This document shows, in pieces, positions 31,735-40,582 of a stretch of DNA of 64,000 bases. The stretch covers positions 1-64,000 of the forward strand of contig CAVPGK010000012.1 of the NCBI GenBank assembly GCA_963703955.1, in the 5' to 3' direction. Source of the DNA: Nitrospirota bacterium (lineage in GTDB: Bacteria > Nitrospirota > Nitrospiria > Nitrospirales > Nitrospiraceae). Position 1 is the stretch's first letter. Each line of letters begins with the position of its first letter. The position numbers and the translations under genes are program-made. Under the pieces are notes generated by a model. That model was not told where the DNA came from. It ran no database searches and saw only the letters and a list, made by a program, of their open reading frames with translations.

Positions 31735-32679
31735 TCAGGCATCCAGTAAGGCAAGAATGTGTCTCTCGACCGACGAGGACAAAGCCCTGAGATTGTACCC
31801 ACCTTCCAGGCAAGAAAGGATGCGTCCACCGCAATGACGACGTGCAATGCCGACAACGATATCACTCAATGCCGCATAGCCGTCCTCCGTTAACGCCATG
31901 CCGGCTAGTGGATCATCTCTATGCGCATCGAACCCCGCTGAGATGATTATGAACTCTGGTTTAAACGCGTCAGCTGCAGGGACCAGTACCTGCTCGAACA
32001 CCTCCCGATAGTCCTTGTCTCCCTGTCCCGGATTCATGGGAACATTGATGGTCATTCCATACCCTTCCCCTTCTCCACGCTCAGTCGCCCGGCCCGTCCC
32101 CGGATAATAGGGGTACTGGTGGGTGCTGAAAAAGAGAACCGAAGGGTCGTGATAAAAGACGTGCTGGGTACCATTCCCGTGATGGACGTCCCAGTCGACA
32201 ATCAACACTCGGCCGACATGATGCTGACGTTGGAGGTAACGTGCAGCGATTGCCACATTATTGAAGAGACAAAACCCCATGGCCCGGTCATACTCCGCAT
32301 GGTGGCCGGGAGGACGAACGGCACAGAACACATGGTTCACGTGCCCGGCCACGAGCGCGTCGGCAGCCGCCAAGACTCCCCCCACGGCTCGATAGGCCGC
32401 CGGCAACGATCCTGCCGAGATGGACGTGTCCGGATCCAATGAGACTCGCCCGGTGGTAGGCGCACGCATCTTCAGGGCTTTCAAGTACGTAGGGGAGTGC
32501 ACGTGCACGATCCATTCATCTGTGGCCAGAGGAGGTTCAATGTGTTGAAGCCGTCTAAGTACCCCGCTGGCGGTCAATCGGCTCACGATAGCCCGCAACC
32601 GCTCCGGCGATTCCGGATGTCCTGATCCCATATCGTGATTCAGGAAGTCAGGGTGGTAGACAAAGCCTGTGCGTCCCAT
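31735..32679 (-). CDS. Histone deacetylase family protein
   Basis: HPESPERL, RPPGHHA, GFCLFNN, DWDVHHGNGT, SAGFDAH and LEGGY motifs. Confidence 0.93.
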   Translation of the reverse strand: MGRTGFVYHPDFLNHDMGSGHPESPERLRAIVSRLTASGVLRRLQHIEPPLATDEWIVHVHSPTYLKALKMRAPTTGRVSLDPDTSISAGSLPAAYRAVGGVLAAADALVAGHVNHVFCAVRPPGHHAEYDRAMGFCLFNNVAIAARYLQRQHHVGRVLIVDWDVHHGNGTQHVFYHDPSVLFFSTHQYPYYPGTGRATERGEGEGYGMTINVPMNPGQGDKDYREVFEQVLVPAADAFKPEFIIISAGFDAHRDDPLAGMALTEDGYAALSDIVVGIARRHCGGRILSCLEGGYNLRALSSSVERHILALLDA

Positions 32680-32805
32680 GAGCCGCCCTGGTGGTAACAA
32701 CGGCATCGTAGCATGCGCCAGATCGCATAGACAACGATGAGGACGACGTGCTACGGTGATCCATCTACACACGAGTCGTAGCGAACAAGTCGCTGGAGAA
32801 TTGCT

Positions 32806-33120
32806 TTGGCACATCCTCGCATTGAACCTCTGAAAAAAGTCCTGGCGATTGACCCCAACGACGAGGTGGCCTGGTTCGGGTTAGGAAAAGCCTACTTGGA
32901 AGATGCGAATTACGGTGAGGCGATTACCGCGCTTCAAAGTTGCATTCGTGTCAAACCAACCTACTCGGCTGCCTATCTTGCCCTTGCACAGGCGTTTCAG
33001 AAAAGCGGGCAGGTCGATCAGTGCCGGCAGGTCTGCGATCAGGGTATCGAGGTCTCGAGCAAGAATGGGGATGCGATGGTGACAAAAAACCTGGGACTGC
33101 TCAAGCAAAGCTTGGGCTGA
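32806..33120 (+). CDS. TPR repeat protein
   Basis: AWFGLGKAY...YSAAYLALAQA TPR pattern; GGAG RBS. Confidence 0.8.
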   Translation: MAHPRIEPLKKVLAIDPNDEVAWFGLGKAYLEDANYGEAITALQSCIRVKPTYSAAYLALAQAFQKSGQVDQCRQVCDQGIEVSSKNGDAMVTKNLGLLKQSLG

Positions 33121-33483
33121 TCTCTTCAACGGAGACCTTTCTGTCTCATGTCCGTTTGGAGCATGGAACCTGGAGCGGCGCGATGTCTGGAAGAAAGCGC
33201 GCCTCCTGGACGCAGGACCAGGCCCCTGAACACCTAAGAGAGAGAAGAGAGGGGGTCTCGGCGTCGGTTGGGAGTTTTACGGATACAATCAGAGCTATGT
33301 CCTGAGTGTGAATGCCGGGCTGGGATCACTTATGGTTCATGGGAACGGACGGGAGAGGGATGAAAGAAAAGTGCTTGCCTTTTTCTGACAAGACGCGTAT
33401 ACGCATTTTCATGGGTCTTCGCCTTCAATCTCTGCTCAGCCTTACTGTGAACCAAGTCCCTTGGAGGTGAAAGGAGGTTGTCC

Positions 33484-34208
33484 ATGCGCCTCGTACTTTC
33501 CTGCCTGATCGGTGCACTGAGTCTCCTGTCCTCGGCCATGAGCTACGCCGATTCGTTCACGATCAACGAAGGGGATTTTACATTCGACGCAATTCGGTTT
33601 AGCGCAGTTTTGACGTCGCGGGCGACGGCATCCGAGGCGGAGCGGGGTGACAACGTGGCAGTTTCGCTTTGGAGGTCCGGTCCTCCACCACGCCGGTACC
33701 ACCAGGAACGAATCTCCGGATTGAACTGCGCGCGGTCGAGGGTCGACTTGAACTTTAGTCAGCTTCACAGTGAATGGTGCAACCGTTTCCGGGACCTGGC
33801 TCGCTGCGGCGGCTTTTCGGGTCGACGGTCACTGGACCTGTGAGCCGCGTCACACTCCCCTCGACCCTGCGAACCATTGGCCACGGTACAATTCCCAGCC
33901 GGGTTAAATGGATCCCTTTTGTGCTCGGATCGGCGACCAGGACTGCCGATGATCCCGTCAAGTCTCGTGCCGGCGACGTCAGGTATCGCACATGGGTTTT
34001 CTGGAGAGGGGTAGGCAGTCTCACGTTCCACGGCTCTGCAACGACCGGGCTGTACGGCGGACCAGTAGCACTTACAGCGGACTTTTCTGCCGTTCCTGAG
34101 CCTACGTCCTTGCTGTTGCTGCTGTCTGGGCTAGTCGGATCGAGGATTCAGAGGTGCCAGGCACACATCGCTAACCACAGGGTAAGCAAGAGCGTACAAG
34201 AAATCTGA
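33484..34208 (+). pseudogene. Degenerate PEP-CTERM sorting domain protein
   Basis: Signal peptide (MRLVLSCLIGALSLLSSAMSYAD) in one frame, AVPEPTSLLLLLSGLVG in another; several frameshifts between them. Confidence 0.7.
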
Positions 34209-34386
34209 CGAATCCTGCGCCTTCAAGGGTACGATAGTGCGGTGACCCGCACGACCGATCGTCCCAGCCTGCCAGCTTCCACGCACCAGAATACATCGCG
34301 TACCCTGGCCGAATGTGAGTGGCACTTCTCCTTCTCGGGCTTCCGATCGCACCCCCAAACAACCTAGTCCGGACAGTACAGCTCCT

Positions 34387-34686
34387 CTAACCGTCTTTCA
34401 ATAATTCAGGCCTTTCGCGAGCAATAGTGTCGCAAACCTCGTCCAACCATCGCCCAGCGCAGCCGAGCACTTCCCTAACCAGCGGTTCTGGTTGTCCGGT
34501 GCGAGTCATCGTCCAGCGACAGACATATTCCAGCAGGGTATCCCGTCCAAAGGATCTTGTGCTAGTGGTTGCCACGGCAGTCAGTTCGGTCAGACCTGTC
34601 CGAATAATCGTTGAGACTACGTCATGCCCATGAGATGTTCTCGCGGTCACGTATTGGACCGCACGATTGATTTCCTGTTCAGTCAT
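34387..34686 (-). CDS. Hypothetical protein (99 aa)
   Basis: ATG-started ORF with helical character and a weak internal duplication. Confidence 0.6.
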   Translation of the reverse strand: MTEQEINRAVQYVTARTSHGHDVVSTIIRTGLTELTAVATTSTRSFGRDTLLEYVCRWTMTRTGQPEPLVREVLGCAGRWLDEVCDTIARERPELLKDG

Positions 34687-34894
34687 TGAATTGTGTTCTG
34701 GTCAGTGGTTCTCACGTCACTTTGGAGCTGTCAGCCCGTCGAACGGGTCAAAAGTCGAAACTGGGCGCACATGATTCCTTGTCCACGCTTTTCGGGATAT
34801 TTGTTCATAAGTTATTGAAATAACAATAATAATTATTTCCATTCCCGGGCAAGCATGATGATATGATCTCAGGCAGGTTTGCGGGAGGACCACC

Positions 34895-36715
34895 ATGAAA
34901 CGACGCCTTATGACACGCCACAATGCGAAACCGCTGTCTCAGCGGTCTCGGCAGGAACATTTGGCTGACCAGTGGGACCTGTCTCACCTTTTCAAAGATC
35001 CCGTCACCGAATTTGATCTTCTGGTGAAGGACCTTGACGCACAGGTGACGAGGTTTGAGGCGTTCCGTGGACCTTTGCACCCACAGATTCCAGCAGACAC
35101 GTTCATTAATCTTCTCCGGCTGCATGAGGAAATCGCCGAGTATTCGGCGAGGCTGAGCGCCTACGCGCATCTTTGGTTTTCTGAAAACACCGGGAATGCA
35201 CATGCACGCACATTCAAAACGAAAGTTGAGGAGCAACTGACGTCACTGCAGAACCGCATGATATTTTTTGATCTCTGGTGGCAATCCGTGGACGACGAGA
35301 ACGCCAAGCGGCTCTTGGATCAGTCGGGTGATTTGAGATACCACCTGGAAACCGTCCGTCGCTACAAGAACCATACGCTATCTGAACCCGAAGAAAAAAT
35401 CATCAACTTAAAGAACACGACCGGGCGTACCGCGGTCAACACCCTATACGACGTGCTGACGAATGGTCTCACCTTCAACCTCACGGTTCAGGGCAAGCGG
35501 AAGAACCTGACTCGCGAACAGCTCTCCGTTTACATGCACAGCCGTCATGCGCATCTTCGGGAGGAGGCGTACAAAGAATTTTATCGCGTCTTTGCCGGCC
35601 ACCGCGACCTCATTGGCGAGATCTATGCCACATTGGTGCACGACTGGAAGAGTGAAAACCTCGAGTTGCGGCGATTCTCATCGTCGATCGGTGCGAGGAA
35701 TCTGGGGAACGACGTGCCGGACGAGGCAGTCGAGGCGCTACTCTCAGTGTGCACAAAGAATACGGCCATCTTTCAGGATTATTTCCGACTCAAAGCGCGC
35801 ATCTGCAAGATCAAGTCTATGAATCGCTTTCACCTCTACGCCCCGCACCGCGCCGAGAAGATGCAGTACCGGTACTCGGATGCGGTCCGTATGGTTCTCG
35901 ATGCGTACGAAAGGTTCTCACCCCGGCTCGGGGACCTTGTCAGGCAAGTCCTGGCTGACCATCACCTGGATGCTCGAACGACCCCGGGTAAGTTGAGCGG
36001 CGCGTTCTGTTACAGCGTCGTTCCAGGCTTCACCCCCTACGTTCTGCTCAACTACACCGGTGAGGCCCGAGACGTCGCCACGCTCGCCCATGAACTGGGC
36101 CATGCGGCTCATGCCATGATGGCGGCAGATCATTCGGTCTTCACATTTCATTCGACCTTGCCTCTGGCTGAAACTGCATCCGTGTTCGGCGAACGGCTGC
36201 TTTCGGAAGCCTTGATGGCAAAGGAATCCAGCAAAGCGGTGAAGCAAGGGCTTCTCCTCGCTCAGCTCGATGACATTTACGCTACCGTCCAGCGGCAAGC
36301 CTACTTTATCCTATTTGAGAAGACCGCTCATGAGATCATTTCGAAGGGCGCGACTGTGAACGATGTCTCTGCAGCCTATCTGGGAAACTTGCGGGAACAG
36401 TTCGGCAAGGCGGTCAGGGTTCCAGATGAGTTTCGATGGGAATGGCTGACCATTCCCCATTTGTTTGGGAGTCCGTTTTACTGCTACGCCTATAGCTTCG
36501 GGAATCTCCTTGTGCTCGCCCTCTACCAGATGTACAAGCAGCAAGGCACCGACTTTGTACCAAAGTATCTCAACCTGCTTGCAGCGGGTGGGTCCAAAAG
36601 TCCGGAGGCCATCCTACAGGAGGTCGGGGTCAATATACGCTCGGAGAGCTTCTGGCAGTCGGGCTTTGACACCATCGCACAAATGGTGGACGAGTTGGAG
36701 CGGACAGAGAGTTGA
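34895..36715 (+). CDS. pepF: Oligoendopeptidase F (M3B)
   Basis: WDLSHLF, GKLSGAF, TLAHELGH, AETAS and HLFGSPFYCYAY motifs. Confidence 0.9.
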   Translation: MKRRLMTRHNAKPLSQRSRQEHLADQWDLSHLFKDPVTEFDLLVKDLDAQVTRFEAFRGPLHPQIPADTFINLLRLHEEIAEYSARLSAYAHLWFSENTGNAHARTFKTKVEEQLTSLQNRMIFFDLWWQSVDDENAKRLLDQSGDLRYHLETVRRYKNHTLSEPEEKIINLKNTTGRTAVNTLYDVLTNGLTFNLTVQGKRKNLTREQLSVYMHSRHAHLREEAYKEFYRVFAGHRDLIGEIYATLVHDWKSENLELRRFSSSIGARNLGNDVPDEAVEALLSVCTKNTAIFQDYFRLKARICKIKSMNRFHLYAPHRAEKMQYRYSDAVRMVLDAYERFSPRLGDLVRQVLADHHLDARTTPGKLSGAFCYSVVPGFTPYVLLNYTGEARDVATLAHELGHAAHAMMAADHSVFTFHSTLPLAETASVFGERLLSEALMAKESSKAVKQGLLLAQLDDIYATVQRQAYFILFEKTAHEIISKGATVNDVSAAYLGNLREQFGKAVRVPDEFRWEWLTIPHLFGSPFYCYAYSFGNLLVLALYQMYKQQGTDFVPKYLNLLAAGGSKSPEAILQEVGVNIRSESFWQSGFDTIAQMVDELERTES

Positions 36716-36816
36716 CACTTTGTCCATAGTTTTATAATATATTTCGGTAGCTTAGGCGTCATAGCCTTTCTACCTGTAACCCCTCTTAACTTTCTTACCC
36801 CCGGCAAAGAAACTCC

Positions 36817-36869
36817 TTGACAGTTCTGTTTTCTCCGTCTATACTTTCTTCTGTTGATAACAATTCTCA
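36817..36869 (+). promoter_or_regulatory. sigma70 promoter with Fur box upstream of bfd
   Basis: TTGACA(36817)-N17-TATACT(36840); TGATAACAATTCTCA at 36855-36869 has two mismatches to the 7-1-7 Fur consensus TGATAATnATTATCA. Confidence 0.75.
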
Positions 36870-36928
36870 TAATCGTTTTAGGGGCATACGGACCACTTTA
36901 TATTTGGTGACCAAGGAGGAGACCTCAG

Positions 36929-37114
36929 ATGTATGTTTGTCTCTGTAAGGGTCTAACCGAAACAGACGTCCAACGCGTCGTCCGCGATGGAGTAGTAGGA
37001 CCGGACAGGGCCATTAGTGCTCTTAGGCTCGACGATGATGATTGCTGCGGGCGCTGCGCCAGAAATATCCATGAACTGATCAATGTCACCTGCGGGAGTG
37101 CCGCATGCGGCTAG
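36929..37114 (+). CDS. bfd: Bacterioferritin-associated ferredoxin-like [2Fe-2S] protein
   Basis: MYVCLC...CCGRC; strong AAGGAGG RBS. Confidence 0.85.
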   Translation: MYVCLCKGLTETDVQRVVRDGVVGPDRAISALRLDDDDCCGRCARNIHELINVTCGSAACG

Positions 37115-37221
37115 ACCGCAGCCACTGATGCCGGAATCAACGGTTCAATGAATCGGCGGGAAAAACCCGGTCACCTAGCGAAAACGAATCTTCCGTGAGC
37201 GAGTGAAGAACCCCAAACGTC

Positions 37222-37812
37222 CTACGACTTCTTTCCTGCCCTCACGATCCGAGCAACTTCCGCCACCCGCTGTCCCAACATCCTCGCAGCCTCGAGTTCT
37301 TTCTCGTCGATTCCCGGACTGTCTCCTTCTGTGGTCGCCGAGGCACCCAATGCTCCGCCCCCGCTGACGACAATCATCTGATTCCCCAGCATCGCCGCAA
37401 GAATCGTCAACATGGTCACTTCCTTCCCTCCTGAGATTTGTCCGCCAGTGGTGAAGGCGGCTCCAACCTTGTTGCGCATTTTGAACTCCGGGAAGACTCC
37501 GAACTTGAGTTGCCAATTGTCGAAGAAGGTCTTAACCTCCCCCGCCATATTGGTCCAATAGACCGGTGACCCCACGATTAGAGCATCAGAAGAAAACAGA
37601 TCCTCGGCCGTGACTTGTCCGACTCGTTTGAGGCGCACCTCAGTTCCCGGCACACCGTTTGCCCCCTGCGCAACCGCCTCAGCCATTTTTTCCGTATGGC
37701 CGCTCACCGAATGATAGGCCACCAAGACGGCCACCGCTTGATCCAGGGCCGTCGCCGTGCCGGACCACCCCAGAAACCACATCACTACTGCAAGGGTCAG
37801 GACCTTCCCCAT
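37222..37812 (-). CDS. Flavodoxin-like NAD(P)H oxidoreductase (WrbA-like) with apparent signal peptide
   Basis: YHSVSGHTEKMAE, GSPVYW and KVGAAFTTGG motifs; hydrophobic N-terminus ending TATA. Confidence 0.8.
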   Translation of the reverse strand: MGKVLTLAVVMWFLGWSGTATALDQAVAVLVAYHSVSGHTEKMAEAVAQGANGVPGTEVRLKRVGQVTAEDLFSSDALIVGSPVYWTNMAGEVKTFFDNWQLKFGVFPEFKMRNKVGAAFTTGGQISGGKEVTMLTILAAMLGNQMIVVSGGGALGASATTEGDSPGIDEKELEAARMLGQRVAEVARIVRAGKKS

Positions 37813-37933
37813 GCTGTGCGCTTCGTGAACTAACAGGCCCAATTGAAAAAGGGGGAGACCACAGAGGTCTCGACGTTTGTGATAAGCCGCGCCGTCACAC
37901 CCCTAACCTGGTCATGATAGACACGCAGGCCGA

Positions 37934-38122
37934 TCAATGGCGGATCGTTTCCTCGTCCATATACTCTTCGACTGACACTTCGGTCAACGTTCCGCGATAG
38001 TCGCACCGATGACACCGAATTCGCCACTCCTCAAGCCATTTCTCTTGGACATAGGATTGGCGGCACTTCGGGCACACGAACACTCCCTTTTTGAATAAGA
38101 CCCGACGCTTTTCTTTCATCAT
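37934..38122 (-). CDS. Small zinc-ribbon protein
   Basis: CPKC...CHRC. Confidence 0.6.
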   Translation of the reverse strand: MMKEKRRVLFKKGVFVCPKCRQSYVQEKWLEEWRIRCHRCDYRGTLTEVSVEEYMDEETIRH

Positions 38123-38205
38123 TCACCCGCGATGACGTTGCTCAAAAGGATGGCACAGCATGAGTTCTGATTTCAAGGTGGAGGATCGCCTTTCGCATCG
38201 GGCGC

Positions 38206-39903
38206 TCACTCCTTTTCGCCTGCGGTTGGATTTTGCCTCTTGATCTCTTCTTCTACCAACAACCGACGCAAGACCTTCCCGACCAGCGATTTGGGAAGTT
38301 CGCTCCGAAACTCAACCTTCTTCGGGACCTTAAACCTAGCGAGTTCTTTTCGGCAATGCTCCAACAGCTCTGCCGCTGTCGCTTCCTCGCCGTCTTTGAG
38401 CACCACGTAGGCCTTGATCGACTCACCTCGCATTCCCTGAGGGAGACCGACCACGACCGCTTCCTTTACCTTGGCGTGACGATACAGCACCTCTTCCACC
38501 TCGCGAGGGTAAACATTCTCTCCCCCCGACTTGATCATGTCCTTCTTGCGGTCCTCGATATAAAAGAATCCATCGCTATCCATGCGGGCGAGATCACCCG
38601 TATAGAGCCATTCTCCTCGCAGCACCTGACGAGTCTCGTCCTCTCGCTTCCAATATCCTCGCATCACCTGGGGACCGCGGATGACGAGCTCGCCGATCTC
38701 CCCGACCGGAAGTTCATGCTCTCCGGTTTCGACATCCACAATCTTCGCCTCCGTGTCCGGCAAGGGTAGACCGATGCTTCGGCGGCGCCGCCGCTTCGCC
38801 TCCGCTTCGACCGGGTTCACATGGGTGACCGGCCCGGCCTCCGTCAACCCATAGCCCTCGACCAAACGAGCGCCCGTGAGAGCTTCAAAGCGCTCCTGGA
38901 CAGACTGATGCAGCGGACCGGCGCCACTGATGCATAAACGGATCGAATGAAGATCGTATCGATCCAGGCGCTGATGATTGTTGATGGCCGAATACATAGC
39001 CGGAATTCCCGGAAAGACCGTCACCCGCTCCCGAGTGATCGTCTCCAACACCTCGGTCGCCTGAAAGCGAGGCAGCAAGGCCAGCGCTCCGGCCACACTG
39101 ATCGCCAAATTCTGACAAGCGCTCATCCCGTACACGTGAAAAAAGGGCAAGACTGCGAGAAACGTCTCCTGTCCTTCGCGAAGCGACGGCATCCAGTTTC
39201 GGCATTGCCATGTATTCGAAACCAGATTACGGTGGGTCAGTTCGACACCTTTCGGAACGCCAGTGGTTCCTCCAGTGTATTGGAGGAGGGCGATATCATC
39301 CGGGGACACCTTCACGCAGGGAGGTTGCGCGGGTCCAGTCATGATCTGTCGCAGAGAATAGGCAGCGGAAGAACGACGAGCGCATCGTACAGAATCAGAT
39401 CGAGGTTTCATCCAAGGATAGAGAAGGCGCTTGAACCAGGGCAAATAATCTTCTGGCCCGGCCAAGATGACGCGCTTGAGACAAGCACGCCTCATTAAAG
39501 GTTCAATCCGCGGAAAGAATTGATCCAGCGCCACCAGCGTCTCACACCCGGCATCCGTGAGTTGGCGCTCGATTTCAGTCTCCACATACAAGGGATTCAC
39601 AGGGGTGACGGTCGCACCAGCCTGAAGGGTTCCGTAAAAGGCGATCACCATCTGCGGAAGATTCGGCAACATGAGACCTACCACTGAACCCGGACGAATC
39701 TCGAACCTGAGCAAGGCCTGGGCGAATCGGTTCACCAGATCGGTCAGCTGGCGATACGTGATGACTCGGCCATAGTAGGTAATGGCCGGTCGGTCGGGAA
39801 ACTTATCGGCGGCGCGAGACAGAAGGTCTGGGAGAACTCCCGGCGGATACGCAAGGCTGGGGGGAACATTGGGATCGTATTGCGCTCTCCAGATCGCGTC
39901 CAT
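38206..39903 (-). CDS. Long-chain-fatty-acid--CoA ligase
   Basis: YTGGTTGVPKG, EGYGLTE, TGDLA, DRKKDMI and GKVLRR motifs. Confidence 0.92.
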   Translation of the reverse strand: MDAIWRAQYDPNVPPSLAYPPGVLPDLLSRAADKFPDRPAITYYGRVITYRQLTDLVNRFAQALLRFEIRPGSVVGLMLPNLPQMVIAFYGTLQAGATVTPVNPLYVETEIERQLTDAGCETLVALDQFFPRIEPLMRRACLKRVILAGPEDYLPWFKRLLYPWMKPRSDSVRCARRSSAAYSLRQIMTGPAQPPCVKVSPDDIALLQYTGGTTGVPKGVELTHRNLVSNTWQCRNWMPSLREGQETFLAVLPFFHVYGMSACQNLAISVAGALALLPRFQATEVLETITRERVTVFPGIPAMYSAINNHQRLDRYDLHSIRLCISGAGPLHQSVQERFEALTGARLVEGYGLTEAGPVTHVNPVEAEAKRRRRRSIGLPLPDTEAKIVDVETGEHELPVGEIGELVIRGPQVMRGYWKREDETRQVLRGEWLYTGDLARMDSDGFFYIEDRKKDMIKSGGENVYPREVEEVLYRHAKVKEAVVVGLPQGMRGESIKAYVVLKDGEEATAAELLEHCRKELARFKVPKKVEFRSELPKSLVGKVLRRLLVEEEIKRQNPTAGEKE

Positions 39904-39919
39904 TCAGGTTCCCGTCCAC

Positions 39920-39948
39920 TTGACAGGCCGGACAAGTGGCCCTACGAT
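39920..39948 (+). promoter_or_regulatory. sigma70 promoter, probably leaderless, of the DUF192 gene
   Basis: TTGACA-N17-TACGAT, then 6 nt, then ATG 39955; no SD sequence. Confidence 0.65.
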
Positions 39949-39954
39949 TCGTTC

Positions 39955-40440
39955 ATGCTTCGGCTGTTGGCCCGAGCCGCGCTCGTCGCCTCCATGTCAC
40001 TGCTCACCGCGGTGCCGAACACCGGGGCAGGCTCCGCATCCTCGGCCAACGAAACCCTGATCTCCATCACGACTCCCGGAGGTGTGACCATCCTGGCTGA
40101 ACTGGCCGATACCGCGGAGAAGCGAGGGCGAGGCCTGATGTTCCGAGAATCATTGGCCAAGGACCGCGGCATGCTGTTCACATTCAGCGAGCCTCAGCAA
40201 TGGACCTTTTGGATGAAGAATACCCGCATTTCCCTTGACATCATCTGGATGGATGCGAAAAAGACAATCGTGCATGTAGAACGCAAGGTCCCGACGTGCA
40301 GTCGCACCGACGATGGATGCCCTCAATATCAGCCGAATGATGCTGCCGTCTACGTATTGGAACTCGCTGCAGGTGTGGCGGATTCCTTGAAATTGCAGCG
40401 TGGAGTGACCTTGAAGTTCCACGTAGCTAGAGGGTCGTAG
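39955..40440 (+). CDS. DUF192 domain protein
   Basis: ELADT...RGLMFR...GMLF...FWMKNT..SLDIIW...YVLEL. Confidence 0.9.
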   Translation: MLRLLARAALVASMSLLTAVPNTGAGSASSANETLISITTPGGVTILAELADTAEKRGRGLMFRESLAKDRGMLFTFSEPQQWTFWMKNTRISLDIIWMDAKKTIVHVERKVPTCSRTDDGCPQYQPNDAAVYVLELAAGVADSLKLQRGVTLKFHVARGS

Positions 40441-40487
40441 TCCAACGGACATTCACCAGCCAGCCACAGGCACTATCTCATCCGCCG

Positions 40488-40527
40488 TTTCACCCGCCCA
40501 CCCCAAGCGCGCCAAGACGTGCCCCTT
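40488..40527 (-). repeat. Palindromic intergenic element, copy 2
   Basis: Reverse complement aaggggcacgtcttggcgcgcttggggtgggcgggtgaaa matches 13891-13931; sits between convergent genes. Confidence 0.65.
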
Positions 40528-40582
40528 ACTGATCTCAGTCATCCCCGAGCCAGCCAACACGAAGTCTTCCCGGGAGCGCCAG

